Shown here piece after piece: positions 63,621-64,000 of a stretch of DNA of 64,000 bases. Every line of letters begins with the position of its first letter. The first letter of the stretch is position 1. A program made the position numbers and the translations under genes. The DNA lies in NCBI RefSeq assembly GCF_018977255.1, contig NW_024704743.1, positions 39,372,001 to 39,436,000 on the forward strand, in the 5' to 3' direction. Source of the DNA: Callorhinchus milii (lineage: Eukaryota). The notes under the pieces were generated by a model that saw only the letters and a list, made by a program, of their open reading frames with translations, did no database searches and had not been told where the DNA came from.

Positions 63621-63935
63621 GTGGAGTCCTGTAGCTCAGTGGTTAGAGAACTTGCCTTGCAAGCGAGACACCTGGGTTCGATTCCAGGCAGGGCAAAACT
63701 TTGGGCAAGTTTCCTTACTCCACACGCCTAATAATAATCCCTCCAAAAAACAAAAACAATAATAAATTGGTCATTTTCAATCCACGACTCTTTGTGGGAC
63801 ACTGCTGTGTGCAATTGGCTGCCGCGTTTCGCCCATAAATGTACAGTCAATTCACTTTACAGTCTATTCTGTGAAGCACTTTGAGACGTCTAGAAGACAT
63901 GAAAAGCGTTATATCAAATGCAAGGATTATTATTA
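63621..63935 (+). mobile_element. Full-length young tRNA-derived SINE, short form
   Basis: Pol III A box tagctcagtgg (63632-63642), B box ggttcgattcc (63675-63685), Deu-like core tttgtgggacactgctgtgtgcaattggctgccgcgttt, L2-like tail and (TTA)n end. Confidence 0.95.
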
Positions 63936-63939
63936 ATTA

Positions 63940-64000
63940 AGAAACAAACACAGAGGTCACTGGGAACACTCAGCAGGTCAGGCAGTATCTATGGAGAAAG
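63940..64000 (-). mobile_element. Penelope-like terminal fragment, cut by the window edge
   Basis: acactcagcaggtcaggcagtatctatggagaaag is the reverse complement of the 23540-23580 segment. Confidence 0.55.

Noticed and set aside
63621..63695. Possible tRNA gene
   Set aside because: A and B boxes are present, but the sequence runs straight into the SINE body and recurs at 41532, 48001 and 38123. It is a SINE head.

Overview
This is vertebrate genomic DNA, not a prokaryotic or accessory-gene region. The repeat content points to a cartilaginous fish, probably a holocephalan such as Callorhinchus. That is inferred from recalled repeat families, not from a database search. I found no host protein-coding exon, rRNA, intact tRNA or CRISPR array that I can support. 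The window looks like a large intron or gene desert dense in retroposons: a young tRNA-headed Deu-type SINE with an L2-like tail, an older SacSINE1-like SINE, LF-SINE-like relics, many L2 and CR1 LINE fragments, two Penelope-like remnants, and one decayed R4/Dong-clade element with a restriction-like endonuclease domain. There is also a TIR-bounded non-autonomous DNA transposon and a dispersed repeat of at least 0.6 kb, found at about 8 loci, that I cannot assign to a known class. Repeat-free stretches carry candidate regulatory motifs (RFX X-boxes, overlapping PBX-HOX sites, a CTCF-like site). The recognisable ORFs in the supplied track are TE-derived and the rest look like chance ORFs. I see no convincing new multi-gene system. 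The best leads are the unclassified repeat family, the Dong/R4 relic next to a TAA repeat, the composite SINE architecture and the RFX motif cluster. Boundaries were read by eye and may be off by 10-30 bp.
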